Assembly (NCBI GenBank): GCA_951406725.2
Contig: OX597823.1
Span: forward strand, 95,418,001 to 95,482,000
Direction: 5' to 3'
DNA length: 64,000 nucleotides
DNA from: Octopus vulgaris
Lineage: Eukaryota
The notes beneath the pieces were generated by a model. The model did not search any database. It was not told where the DNA came from and was given only the letters and a program-made list of their open reading frames with translations. The translations under genes and the position numbers were made by a program. Below, piece by piece: positions 39,412-51,659 of the stretch (positions are counted from its first letter, which is position 1; each line of letters opens with the position of its first letter).

Positions 39412-39617
39412 TATATAGATAAGTATATACAAGCATATAAGTGTATAAATATATACATACATGAGTACCTGCAAGGTGTATAAGAATCCGCTCTTTTGTT
39501 CTGCAGACGTAATATCACCTGCTTTTTTATATTCAAGATATTTTCTGAATGATCAGTCAGGTAATTCACAATTGCAACAAGAAGAATAACTGTGAAGTGA
39601 ATCACCAGCTGTTCCCT

Positions 39618-40317
39618 CATACATGCATGCATACATACATACATACATACATACATACATACATACATACATGCATACATACATACATACATTCATACAT
39701 GCATGCATGCATACATACATACATACATACATACATACATGCATACATACATACATACATGCATGCATGCATACATACATACATGCGTGCATACATACAT
39801 ACATGCGTGCATACATACATACATATATACATACATACATACATGCATGCATGCATACATACATACATACATACATACATACATACGTACACACATACAT
39901 ACATATATACATATATACATACATACATACATACATATATACATGCATACATACATACATACATGCATACATACATACATGCATGCATACATACATACAT
40001 ACATACATACATACGTACACACATACATACATGCCTGCATACATACATACATACATACATACGTACGTACACACATACATACATACATGCCTGCATACAT
40101 ACATACATACATACATACATACATACATGCATACATGCATACATACATACAACATACATACATACATGCATACATACATACATGCATGCATACATACATA
40201 CATACATACATGCATGCATGCATAGATACATACATACATGCATACATACATACATGCATGCATACATACATACATACATACATACATACATACATACATG
40301 CATGCATGCATACATAC
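39618..40317. repeat. (ACAT)n/(GCAT)n microsatellite of about 700 bp
   Basis: Visible directly. Confidence 0.97.
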
Positions 40318-40565
40318 TTATGTTTGTATCCATGTATAAACATGTGTGTAGTATGTATATATACGCATGTCCTGACCTTGTGAAGAGGAACATGTGTTCA
40401 GCAGACATATCATCAGCTGCTCCTATTCACGAGACAGTCTGATTCATCTCACTTGAAAATCACGTTTCTAATAATGAAATAAACCACCAGCATTGTGTGT
40501 GCGTGCATATGTGTGTGTGTGTGTGTGTGCGTGCATGTGTGTGTGTGTGTGTGTGTGTGTGCGTG

Positions 40566-40615
<50 letters not shown>

Positions 40616-40984
40616 TGTGTGTGTGTGTGTGTGAACTTAAGTCAGTAACTGGCTCCAAGACACATGACATCTTAACTAAAAAAAAATTACTTAACATGGA
40701 AAATCAATTTAAAAAATTTATTTATATTTGTTTAATTTAATGATTTGTAAATATTTTCACACGTTTTATTTGATTTTTCCTCTTCAGTATTATTCTTTTT
40801 AAGGGTTTTTAAAAATATCTTTATGCTTTTGCATATGTTCACTGACACTGGAGAAATTGATTGAAGTTTATTTTTTTCCTTTAGCATCTTTGAAAAAAAT
40901 GACAAAACTCAAAACAACATTAGTTGAAGTAAGTCCCCCCCCCCGCACACACACATGCGTATATATATATATATATATATATAT

Positions 40985-41323
40985 GGAGGAGACCCCCTTC
41001 TGTCGTGAATGACCATGGGATTGCACCTAGAATGTTACCCTCCGAGGCACAAGTCCGGGCAAGGCTGTTTGTTGAAGACCAGCAGTCACCCATGCATACC
41101 AGCTCCACTTCTCCACGCCACCGATGTTATCCAAGGGAAAGGCAAAGGGGCCGATACAGCTTGGCACCTGTGACATCGCAACTCATTTCTACAGCTGAGT
41201 GAACTGGAGCAACGTGAAATAAGGTGTCTTGCCCAAGAACACAACACGCAGCCTGGTCCAGGAATCGAACTCGCAACCTCACAATCATAAGCTCGACGCT
41301 CTAACCACTGAGCCATGCACCTT

Positions 41324-41325
<2 letters not shown>
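40985..41325 (-). mobile_element. tRNA-derived SINE
   Basis: Minus strand GCATGGCTCAGTGGTTAGAGCGTCGAGCTTATGATTGTGAGGTTGCGAGTTCGATTCCTGG (A and B boxes); similar to 61798-62040. Confidence 0.75.
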
Positions 41326-41354
<29 letters not shown>

Positions 41355-41355
<1 letters not shown>

Positions 41356-42258
41356 CAAGGTGATATCACCATGTTCCTGGACTAGTTCTGTAGCATGCCA
41401 ACAGATGGCAGCACACAGTTGCATGCACAATGAGAGTTAATGGTGACCTTTATGAGGCAATGTGCAAAGTAACATCACTGTTTTTACTTCACCAGTTGCG
41501 ATGCTTTGTGTTTTTGTGATCACGTGTCTGCTGCTATCTGTAATTTAGTCCTGAACAGGAAGTTGGAAAAAAGAGCCTATGTGAAAATTTGCATTAAACT
41601 TGGGTAGTCTGCTACAAAGACATTGAGCATGTTTCTGCAAGGTTATGGGTCATGTATAATGTTTCGAGAGGCACAGGTGCTTCAAAAGCGGAAGAATGTC
41701 CTGGAAAGCAATGAGAAATCTGGAAGACCTGCCACAAGTGTTACTCCTGGAAATGTGGAATGGGGCATCAAGAATTCATCCCCCAGGGTCAGACGATCAA
41801 CCGAGAGTTCTACTGCAATGTTTTGAAGCATCTGAGGGAGGAGATTAAGCAAAAGCAACCGGATCTGTGGAACGTGAAGAACTGGATTCTTTAAGACGAC
41901 ACTGCATCCTGTAACCAAGCTCTCATCACTTGTGAGTTTCTCACCAAAAACAGCTGCTTGGTATTCCTTCCACACCTAACCTATTTGCCAAATTTAGCAC
42001 CGTCAAACTTCCATTTCTTCCCCCAATATGAAAATGCAGCTCAAAGGTCACTGTTTTAGTGCTATTGTCGAGATCAAGAGCAAATTACAGAAGGTTCTTG
42101 ACTCCCTTATGGAGAACAACTTCCAGGCTGGATTCCAAAAATGGCAGTAATGCTGAGACTGGTGTATTGCTGTGCAAGGTGACTATTTCAAAGGTGATGA
42201 TGTTAAAACTTAGGTAAATAAGTTATTTTTTATTAAGCATAACTAGTCCAGGGACCTC
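41355..42258 (+). mobile_element. Mariner-type element, decayed
   Basis: TIR-like ttcctggactagtt ... aactagtccaggga; SGRPATS, VLKHLREEI and FQAGFQKW fragments. Confidence 0.75.
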
Positions 42259-42924
42259 ATGGAGGTGAGGTGGCTGAATTCTTTTCAAGCTTTGGGCCTC
42301 ATGGAGACCAAGTGGATGAGTTCCTTTCAAGTGTTGGACCTTACAGAGACAATGACCATGACCTTTGGCATTATATATGCTCAGGAAGAAGATCCAACAA
42401 GCTGAGTGAAATTGCAGTCTTGGCAGATACTAGCGTCATGCAAACTGGCACCTGTGCTGGTTGCATGTAAATGCAACCTGGTGTCACGCAAATGGCACCC
42501 ATGCCCACGGCACGTAAAAGCACCCATTGCATTCTCAGAGTGGTTGGCATTAGGAAGAGCATCCAGCCATAGAAAACCATGTCAAATCAGAGTGGAGTCT
42601 AGAGCAGCCTTCCAGCATGCCAGCCCAGTCTGACAACCAGCCCATGCCAGCATGGACAACAGATGTTAAATGATGATGATGACATCTTCATCAACATCAG
42701 CTGGCACTGGCATTGACCACGCTTGAATGGTGCTTTTTACATGCCACCAGCACAGGTGCCAATCTGGCGGTACTGTCATCAGCCACAATGGCTTCACTTG
42801 TTTAACAGGTCTTTATATATGTATATACATACATGTATATATATATATCTGTCTATATATCTATCTATCAATATATATATATAAATATATATACATATAT
42901 ATATATATATATCATATATATATC

Positions 42925-43019
<95 letters not shown>

Positions 43020-43217
43020 CATACACGTATATATATTACAAATAAGAAAATGGAGAAGCACAGGAGTTGGTTCATCAGCTTTAGGATATTAAAATGTTGA
43101 CTTATTTATTTATCAAAACGACAACCATAATAACATATATACATATAGTACATTATTCAATGCATATAAGATAATAATACAAGTAGTTATTAAAAAACAT
43201 GAATATAAATTATTAAA

Positions 43218-43343
43218 ATCACTTACAGCTGTTTCAGCCAATGGATAATAGTAACTCATTGTGCCTATATAAGTCAAGTGTATTGAGGTGGTAGGTAGTT
43301 GAAAATGACGTACTTATATATATCCCTAGGCCTCGTCAGAGAT
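43218..43343 (-). ncRNA. Type I hammerhead ribozyme motif with perfect core and palindromic stem III
   Basis: ATCT CTGACGA GGCCT...TGGCT GAAAC AGCT GTA AGTGAT; stem I is weak in this copy. Confidence 0.72.
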
Positions 43344-43395
43344 TATAAAGTACAATAAAAAATATAAATATATACATGAAACAATATACACGCAC

Positions 43396-43483
<88 letters not shown>

Positions 43484-43514
43484 ATAACAATTCATACATA
43501 CCGGTCAATATATA

Positions 43515-43841
43515 AACACAAAAACCGGGGAAATAGTCACAAACGCGAATATGAACTGCAAAAGCAGAAATTTAATTTACTGCATCAAATGCCCAAATTG
43601 TGAAGAAATATATGTAGGTCAGACGGGAAATGCACTATCAGAACGCTCACGTCTACACCGACAACAGATTAGAGACCCAGAGGTCCGTCAGATACCTTTG
43701 AGTAACCACCTAGCAACACGTGGTCGGAAAATATATATAATATTTCCATTCTACAAATTACACAGCCCAAGTGAAATCGAGAGGAAAATCAGAGAAAAGA
43801 ATTTTATTGATAAATTCGAATCCAAGCTAAATAAGCAATAA
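43515..43841 (+). mobile_element. Penelope-like element GIY-YIG endonuclease C-terminal fragment
   Basis: [39 protein letters not shown]...LSNH...RKIREKNFIDKFESKLN. Confidence 0.88.
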
Positions 43842-44484
43842 TAATAATACTTAGAGGTACTACTTCTACTGCTACGACCATGACCATTAACAACAACAAC
43901 AATACTAAAGGTGATCAAGATGAATATAGCAGGAAAATGATCTTATTTAGGGTTAAAAGTTCTATTGCCACCACCATCACCACTAGCAACAGTAATTAAG
44001 GTGCTGACAATGATGATGATGAGAATTGAAATATAAAAATCCCTGACAAAGGCTATTTACAACATTTCTAAAAACAGCCCAACAATTGCTGCCTCGGCCA
44101 GGGTTAAGATACAGGACTCTTGACATGTTCAACAAAGCGTGACGCCTAAACCAATCAGCTTAAGTAATTGAGTGATGCTACACACTGATTTGTCAGAATA
44201 CAGTTTGCAAAACCTAGCAATCTGGAGACACAGGTGTATTTAAGGCACAGATTTAACCATCTCGCTACAGTCAAAAATTGTGAAGCATGACTGTCACCAC
44301 TGCTACATGAACCTGAAGATTGCATAATTTAATACATGAAAGTAATAGTTCAATCAGAATGAACATTCAACATATTATTATCTTATTTTGTTTTATTATA
44401 TTATATTATCTTATATTATATTATTATAAGATTGTAAATAAAACGTGAAAATCAGACAAGGTTGGAATTCCTGTTATTAATATA

Positions 44485-46909
44485 CTAGCAGCATAGCACG
44501 GCGTTGCCCGGGTATGTAAAAGCCCCTAGTTGGCAACGACTAATCCCGATCTAGTCCTTTCCTTCTAGGGAACGAAGGCGCATGTGTAGGTTGCAATGTC
44601 TTCTCTTCACTCCAATACTTCTGTGTATACGACGTTCCTAGCTGTTCCTTTGGGCGAAAACATGAAAACATCATTGCGCCTCCCAACACGTGAACAGTCC
44701 AAGTAGAGTTGACCGTGGGCGAAGCACTGTTCGCCCAAATGTAACCCAGCGACTTGTAGCGATTGGCCTTGGGATTTATTGATGGACATTGCGAAGCAGA
44801 GTTTAACAGGAAACTGAGAATGCCTGAAGTGGATTGGTAGGTCAGCGCCCGGCGGTTGAAGGTGCATGCGTGGAATGAAGACGCCCTCTCCCTTCTCACA
44901 ACCGGTAAGTATTGTTGCCGTTATTAAATGTGGTGCCAAATGTTTCATAACCAGATGTGTGCCGTTGCACAGTTTAGGTGGAACCAAATTCATGATGAGC
45001 ATAATGGGCGCACCGACTTTTAACTTCAGGATGTGTGGCGGCAAGCCTGGCGGTTCAAGTGAATTCAGGAATTCAACAGGATAATCGGCAAGCTCGGCGG
45101 GGTCTGCTGTCCTATCTATAGATTTGTAGACGTGGACATCACCAGGAATAGCTTCAAGTAGCTGGATATTGATGGAGTTGACGGTTGTATATTTGGGTGC
45201 GAGAATAGCTCTGCCTACCAGCCATTTTAGGTCGCGTAGATTGTTTTGTAGGTCGTGGAAGACAGCGTCCCGGGGGCTAGCAGGGGTGTCGACAGTGGTG
45301 CAAAGTGAGTCCAATTGAACGCAGCCGTCCGCATATTTTCACCGAGCGATAAAAGGTCCCTGGTGAATGCAGCGGATCCGCAGTCACCAATCAACTGCGC
45401 GCGCATGTTAGTTGTAGGTGCAAGGGCCGCACATGTGCCCAAAGAACTGACGACTTAAGGCACATGCGCATGGTATCGGCACGGGTACCTTTTGGAATAA
45501 CAGATAGAGTCTGCCTGAAGTCTCCTGAAAGAAGTAAAGTCAATCCTCCCATGAGTGCCGTAGAGTCTCTGATGTCTTGCAGGGACCTGTCCAGTGCCTC
45601 AAGGGTGCCTTTGTGTGCCATAGTACACTCGTCCCATACGATGTGTTTGCATCTGTGCAGAATGTCGGCCTTTTCTGAGTTCTTGGCGATGTTGCAGATA
45701 GGTGACTCGGACTTTGCCAGATCGAGCGGGAGTCTGAAGGCAGAGTGGGCGGTTCTGCCACCCGGAGGCAACGTGGCCGCGATACCAGAGGAAGCTACAG
45801 CTAGGGCAATGTCCATGTTGCGTCTGACCTCCGCCAGAATTAGTTTCGTGACGAAGGTTTTGCCAGGGTCGCCAGGTGCGTCAAGGAAGTAAATCCCCCC
45901 ACGTTGCTGTCTGACAGAGTCTACGATGGTGTTGTAGGCTATGCGCTGGTCTAGAAGCAGTTGTGGTTCATTATCATGGACGTACTGGTGCAGTTCCTCA
46001 ATGCAGTAGGAAGTTTCGCGTAACAATTCAGCAGACATAACATTGGCGTGTTCACGTGTGGGTGGTGGAAGGCCGTAGTCCGTTAAAGTAGAGCCACCCA
46101 TATCGATGACAGCGTCTTCGAGTTGAATAAGCGCAAAATTGTAAATGAGGTTGGTGAACGTGATCTCGACGGTAGGGCAGTAAGCTTTGGTTTGTATGTG
46201 GGATACCTTGAAGATTAAGTCTAGATTTCCTCCTGTGGGTTGAAATATCGATAGCTGTTTGATAGTTATTTGGGGGAGTAAGAGAGTTAAAGAAGGTCGA
46301 GTTGCGTCCCCTAGACAGTCTGTGGTTTGTGTTTAATACACAAATCGGTTTGCTATGTGTGCCACATGATTTAATTAACCGATTTTTTCCAGTAATAAAG
46401 TATCCTATTGGAATAAAAAGAGCCATATAGCTCCTTGGAGCAGACATGATGCTCGCTGTGAATTAAAAAAAAATTCCTGCCAATTTGTTAAATATATTGT
46501 CGAAAATATGTCATCTTGAATTTGAACGCAATTTCCCAAAATGGCATGATTTTATCGATTTTTTTTTATCGTAAGGTATTTCATGGAAAACTAACGTCAG
46601 AATTAAGTTCCTTAGGGTAACATTAAGCTTCACCATGAGCTTGGTGAAAATTGATTGCAAGAGTTGCGAAAACTACAACAGAAAATGTGTTGCATATGAA
46701 AAGCTTAGATTCTCGACCCCATGTCGAATTTATAAATTTTTTCAGAACTGGGGGAACTTTCCAAAGTTTTCGCTGCGTTAGTTTTGAATTATGACATTGG
46801 GCTATGTGTGTGTCAAGTGTCATCAGAATCGGTAGAAAGCCGTGGTCAGGGTGAGGGTACAACCTGACAGACACACAGACAGACAAACTGCCTTTTATAT
46901 ACAGAGAGA
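44485..46909 (-). mobile_element. Helitron with frameshifted Pif1-like helicase
   Basis: 5' A|TCTCTCTGTATATAAAAGGCAG at 46909; 3' cccgggcaacgccgtgctatgctgCTAG|T at 44485; DAPGDPGKT, WDECTM, GDFRQTL, AMSINKSQGQS. Confidence 0.9.
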
Positions 46910-46984
46910 TTCTTCTATACACAATCACACACACCCGTATATATATCTATATAAACACATATATACACATATATGTGTATATGG

Positions 46985-47590
46985 TCTGCTTCTTGGTATC
47001 CTTCTGGCCTCAAGCCTAAAGTCACTAATGACTAGCCTATGCTGGGAAGTACATTCTTCACCCAGGAGGGTCTTTATATTTAAGAGCAACCCTGCGTTCC
47101 GGTATCTGGTGAGGATGAAATCAATCTGACTAGCAGAGTCCCCCGATTGATAGGTTATCAGATGGCTGTCTGGCTTCCTGAAGTTAGTGTTGCAGATTAA
47201 AAGGTTACATGCATCACAGAACACCAGTAGCCTGGTTCCCTCATCGTTTCGGGTGCCAATACCATGGCTACCGTGTACCCCAGTGAAGATATCAGATTGC
47301 CGCCCAGCATGCCCATTAAAGTCTCCAGCCACAAAGATGAGGTCATTGCCACTCGTCTTTGAGGTAGCCTGTAGAAGGGTATCATAAAAGTGGTCCTTCT
47401 GATCATTTGCTAGCGCCGCATGTGGGGTGTAGGCGGAGATAATTGTAGCTGTGCTGTTCTGCAGGACCAGCCTGAGCTTAGGCACTCTATCACATACCCT
47501 AACAACCTCTATGACTCTATCCACCCGTTTCTCCGCAAGGAGTATGCCTACACCCCTACACCATCCATGTTACCTTGCCAGAAGACTTTA
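46985..47590 (-). mobile_element. RTE LINE APE endonuclease fragment
   Basis: [40 protein letters not shown]. Confidence 0.85.
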
Positions 47591-47592
47591 TA

Positions 47593-47645
<53 letters not shown>

Positions 47646-47758
47646 ATGAATATATATGAGTGTGTATATACATATATATATGTGTGTGTGTGTATGTATA
47701 TATATATACACATATATACACATATGTATATATATGTACATGTATATATGTGTGTGTA

Positions 47759-47847
<89 letters not shown>

Positions 47848-48199
47848 GAAGTTAGTTCAGTATATATGCGAAGTTAGATCAGTGAGCTCTATGTGACATT
47901 GGAAAATTTATATAGGGTGTGCTATTGATTTAAAAAATAGATATAGGGGACACCCCAGTATAAAAAAATCCCACGACATTCACATCATACATTAAACACC
48001 TCAAAGAGTCTAACATTGAGTATAATTAAAGATGGTCGATAATTACTGAATCAACACAATATACCACACACACTAGGTGGTATAAAGGAATCGAGGAGCA
48101 TCGAATCCAAGAACTCATTCTATTGAGGTCTCTTTTGTGATGCTGGTAATATGGGGATGTAAAGATACCAACATTAGTTGGCAAGCAATGTATAAAAAC

Positions 48200-48470
48200 T
48201 TAGATAAAAGTTAGATATGTTTCGAGCAAAGATTGGTCCAGGCCATGTCTAACTTAATAGCACCACCTGATAGGATTATCTAAATCCTTTTTGAGTCAAG
48301 TTTTGTTTATGATCCATTCAAGTAGTGAGTTCTTGTTGAGTGAGTTGTATCCAGGTATGGGTGGCTTATCTGGTATTCCTTGAAGAAATCTGTCCAGACT
48401 CCGTTTAAAGGTGATGGGATCCTTTTCTTCTTTGATCAGTTTTAGGACAACGTTAAACAGGGCAAGGCCT
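48200..48470 (-). mobile_element. CR1-like LINE 3' end
   Basis: GLALFNVVLK...FKRSLDRFLQGIPDKPPIPGYNSLNKNSLLEW is a typical CR1-group ORF2 C-terminus. Confidence 0.6.
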
Positions 48471-48471
48471 G

Positions 48472-48990
48472 TTGAGGAAAAGAAATTATGTCGCGGATTT
48501 CCTCACGAATGAAGGTAAGAATTGCTTTCTCGTAGAAGTGGCAATGGTGAAAGAGGCGATCTGGAAGACAGGGATGAAAGGGATTAGGACAGGCAACTTC
48601 ATATCTGGCCTCGCTTTAGTGAACTTCTTTAAGTTTCACTTGAAAAGAAAAGTGGAGCTGGAAAGAAGGTGTCTGTCTGAGAAGGTGTTTAAAAAACGAT
48701 GGATGCGTGTTGCACGGATGTTGGGTGTGAAAGGCCCTGTGTGAACACGTCATAAAGGAAAAAAATAAGGTGTCGATGGATGAAAAGACAGGGCTCGTGT
48801 GGGGGGGGGGGGGGCGGAGCATACCAGTTTATTTTTCTTTCATTGGTTTTTAGTGTTTGTAATTATCGTTTTTGTGTACCATTCGATTAATCATATACAC
48901 CAATTTAAATTTTTATATCTCATTTGTCGACCCCAAAGTTTGTTTGTGCTGTCCCCCTCTTTGCTCACCCCTTATGGGAAATAATAAAAC
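48472..48990 (+). mobile_element. Tx1/L1-like LINE ORF2 C-terminus plus 3' UTR
   Basis: VAMVKEAIWKT...FKKRW; tail tgtccccctctttgctcaccccttatgggaaataataaaac. Confidence 0.55.
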
Positions 48991-49007
48991 TCGCTGTGTA
49001 GTGCCTT

Positions 49008-51014
49008 GGGGCGTTGTTATTGTGTGTACGTGAGTTAATGCTGAAATATTTATTGAATTGTTGTTCAAATTGTTACCATTGTTGATTCTGTAATTGTTGT
49101 TTTGTTCCCCATTGTGGGGAGATGGAAAAGGCGCTAGGGGAAGGCCCAAGTTATGCGGCCGTAACTGGCGAAGGAGTAGACGTGCAAGAGTTGGAGGTCC
49201 GCGAGTTAAAGTGGAACCTCGAAAGGTGAAGAAGGAGTGTGAACAGTTTGTCACAATGGAAGGAAGTACTTTGAAGCTGAAGCCACCCGAGGAGCTATCT
49301 ACGAATGTGACAAAGAGAACAGTAGTGTACAAAACCATGAAGGCAGCCACTAGGAAAATAGAGGTTGCCCCTATAGCGGTAATAGAAGAATGTATCAAAG
49401 ACATAAAAAGATACACAGCATTCGTTACAAGAGGAAGAAGATATGCGACTGTGGAGGTGCGCTTCGCAACGGAGGAGGAAGCAGTTAAACACTCCACGGA
49501 GGCTATAAGATCGGAGGAGTGGGTGCTCTTGCCTTCGTACTGTGGCAAACGTGTGGCCAAAGTACGAGTGGATAAGGTGCCACCCGAACTGAAGGAGGCA
49601 TGGCTGATGACAGCCATAACGTATAATATGAAAGAAGGAAAGATTTTGAAGGCCACGAGGACCCAGAAGGTGGACTACTGGGGTTATGGAATTGAATTGA
49701 CTATACAGGCAACAACGGAGGATTGGAACAGTGTGGTGGATGAGATTGTCCTCCCAGAAGATGTGAGACTGAGAGTTACAGTGGAGGGTAGGCCGCCGAT
49801 ATGCTTTTCATGTGGAGAAAAGGGCCACATGAAGGCATGGTGCACCCAGAAAAAGCAACAAGGAGAGCAGGTGGAGAGAGAAGAGAGCGTGGACCAGGTA
49901 GAACAGGTCGAGGCAAAGGAAAAAAAAACAGAGGATGATTTTACTGTGGTAAAAAAAAGAAGGAAGAGCGGAGGGAAGGGATGTCCGCCAGAGAAACAGA
50001 AAAAGAAGAGAGAAGAGATGAGAAAAGAAACTGTGAAGGAGGTCAGCAGGAAGGAAGACAAAAGGGTGACAGAGAAAGAAAGTAAAAAGAAAGTGGAGCT
50101 ACAAGTAAAGATACCAGTTGTTCCGGTGGGAAAGGATTCGGAAATTCAACTGGCCGAAGAAGAGATGGAGAGACTGTTTAGAGTGGAGGAGGAAAAGAGA
50201 GAACAAAGAGTTCAAAATAAAGGAAGGAAAATACAAGGAGGAAATGGAGTATGGTATTACGTGACCTACCCAAAGAATGTAGAAACAGAGAAGAAGATAG
50301 TCAAGTTTAATGAAATAGTAAGAGTGAAAGTAGCATCATACATATATGCAGAGGATATGAAGGCGATAGTGATAGAAAAGGAAAACTACAAGAAACTGGA
50401 AGAAATGTGTGGAGATAGTACTGATCCACCAGGAGTGAGGGTGGAATTCAAAGAATTGCCGCCAGTTGTGGATTTAATAGAAATCGAACCATTGAAGAAG
50501 TACTATTAAAAAGAAAATATGTTTGTTAAATTGAGAGAAAAAAAGGAAAGAAAAAAGAAAAAGGTAAAAAAAAATAAAAAAGGGAGAAAAAGTAAAAAAA
50601 AAAGTAAGAGTAAAGTGTTTTATGCTATGTTTAAAAAAAGTAGTGAAAAATCGAAGACCAATTGTAGATAATGTATATAACGGTTCAAATGGTACCGCAT
50701 GGAAGTGGGGCCCATGCAACCATTTTCATTTTTTATATAATTTCATCTCATTTACATTCGTTTATGTTTTTTGTCCCCACTGTGGTCTTGTCTGTCCTTG
50801 TGGTGTCCCGTCTGTGTTTGGGGCTTTATACCTAATAAAGAAATCCTCCAATTGAATTGTCACCTTGGGCGTTGTTATTATGTTTACGTGGGTTAATGCT
50901 GAAATAATTATTGAATTGTTATTCGAATTGTTGCCATTGTTGTTCAAATTGGTCTAGTCTGTCCTTGTGGTTTCCCCTCTGTGTTTGGGGCATTATGCCT
51001 AATAAAGAAATCTG
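49008..51014 (+). mobile_element. ORF1-only Tx1/L1-like non-autonomous element plus a mini-copy, flanked by a putative TSD
   Basis: tgtagtgcctt at 48997-49007 and 51021-51031; the 5' segment is repeated at about 50866-50945 and the 3' tail at about 50785-50845 and 50952-51012. Confidence 0.65.
49256..50509 (+). CDS. LINE ORF1-like nucleic-acid-binding protein with a zinc knuckle; probable original start at 49122, now frameshifted
   Basis: Long open frame; CFSCGEKGHMKAWC (CX2CX4HX4C) after RVTVEGRPPIC; K/E-rich tail with FTVVKKRRK; upstream out-of-frame MEKALGEGPSYAAVT. Confidence 0.75.
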   Translation: MEGSTLKLKPPEELSTNVTKRTVVYKTMKAATRKIEVAPIAVIEECIKDIKRYTAFVTRGRRYATVEVRFATEEEAVKHSTEAIRSEEWVLLPSYCGKRVAKVRVDKVPPELKEAWLMTAITYNMKEGKILKATRTQKVDYWGYGIELTIQATTEDWNSVVDEIVLPEDVRLRVTVEGRPPICFSCGEKGHMKAWCTQKKQQGEQVEREESVDQVEQVEAKEKKTEDDFTVVKKRRKSGGKGCPPEKQKKKREEMRKETVKEVSRKEDKRVTEKESKKKVELQVKIPVVPVGKDSEIQLAEEEMERLFRVEEEKREQRVQNKGRKIQGGNGVWYYVTYPKNVETEKKIVKFNEIVRVKVASYIYAEDMKAIVIEKENYKKLEEMCGDSTDPPGVRVEFKELPPVVDLIEIEPLKKYY

Positions 51015-51659
51015 TCACCATGTAGTGCCTTACTATATTTTACCCGGAGAAAGGAACCCTGAGGAAGGAAACGTTTTTACAGAGTGAGGTGAATTTGGAC
51101 TATTTCCTACAAGCCGTTAAAACTTTTGTGAAACGGGCGCAGGTTTGGACAAATACTTTCAATCGTTTCTCTTAATTTATTTTCTAGCTTCATGATACCC
51201 CTTATATATTTTAGGTTTTTATGTTTATCTTGTTATATTTCTTATTTATGTTAATACTTCTATATTGTTATCCTGAAACTCCTAATATAAATATGTGGAT
51301 ATTGGAATGGAATAATACCCCATGTCCTACATGTGAATTCTGAATTTGCTTGTGTGAATATTTTAAGAGAAATATCTGAAATTTTTATCGTATAGCAAAT
51401 TTTATTAATCGTTAACTCATATACGGGTGAAAAAACAGTTGTACTATATAGTGGAGCTTTACCTCCATTAAAATTCTCGTATTATACATACATTCATACA
51501 CATAGCAATTTTTATTCTAGTAGGTTTCAAGTTTGTATCTCATTTTTTCTCATTTTTTATGCCAAAGATATTTATTTATTCTGTGTTCTATTTTTTATAT
51601 ATCTGTTTATTTTCAAACTTTATATTTGTATCTTTAATTTATTTTAACGGAAACATACA

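Noticed and set aside
39549-40442. Long ORFs (HTYI/MYVC repeats) here and at 53002-53450, 5917-6271 and 12857-13327
   Set aside because: Translations of ACAT, TA and AAT microsatellites
41250-41320. Functional tRNA genes (also 15753, 36011, 61798)
   Set aside because: tRNA-like heads continue into SINE bodies and the cloverleaf stems are imperfect
48205-48270. Hammerhead-like CGAAAC motif on the minus strand
   Set aside because: No properly placed CUGANGA core or stems; better explained as the CR1-like 3' UTR
49094-50509. Retroviral/LTR gag gene
   Set aside because: No LTR pair, PBS or pol; motif order and tail fit a non-LTR ORF1
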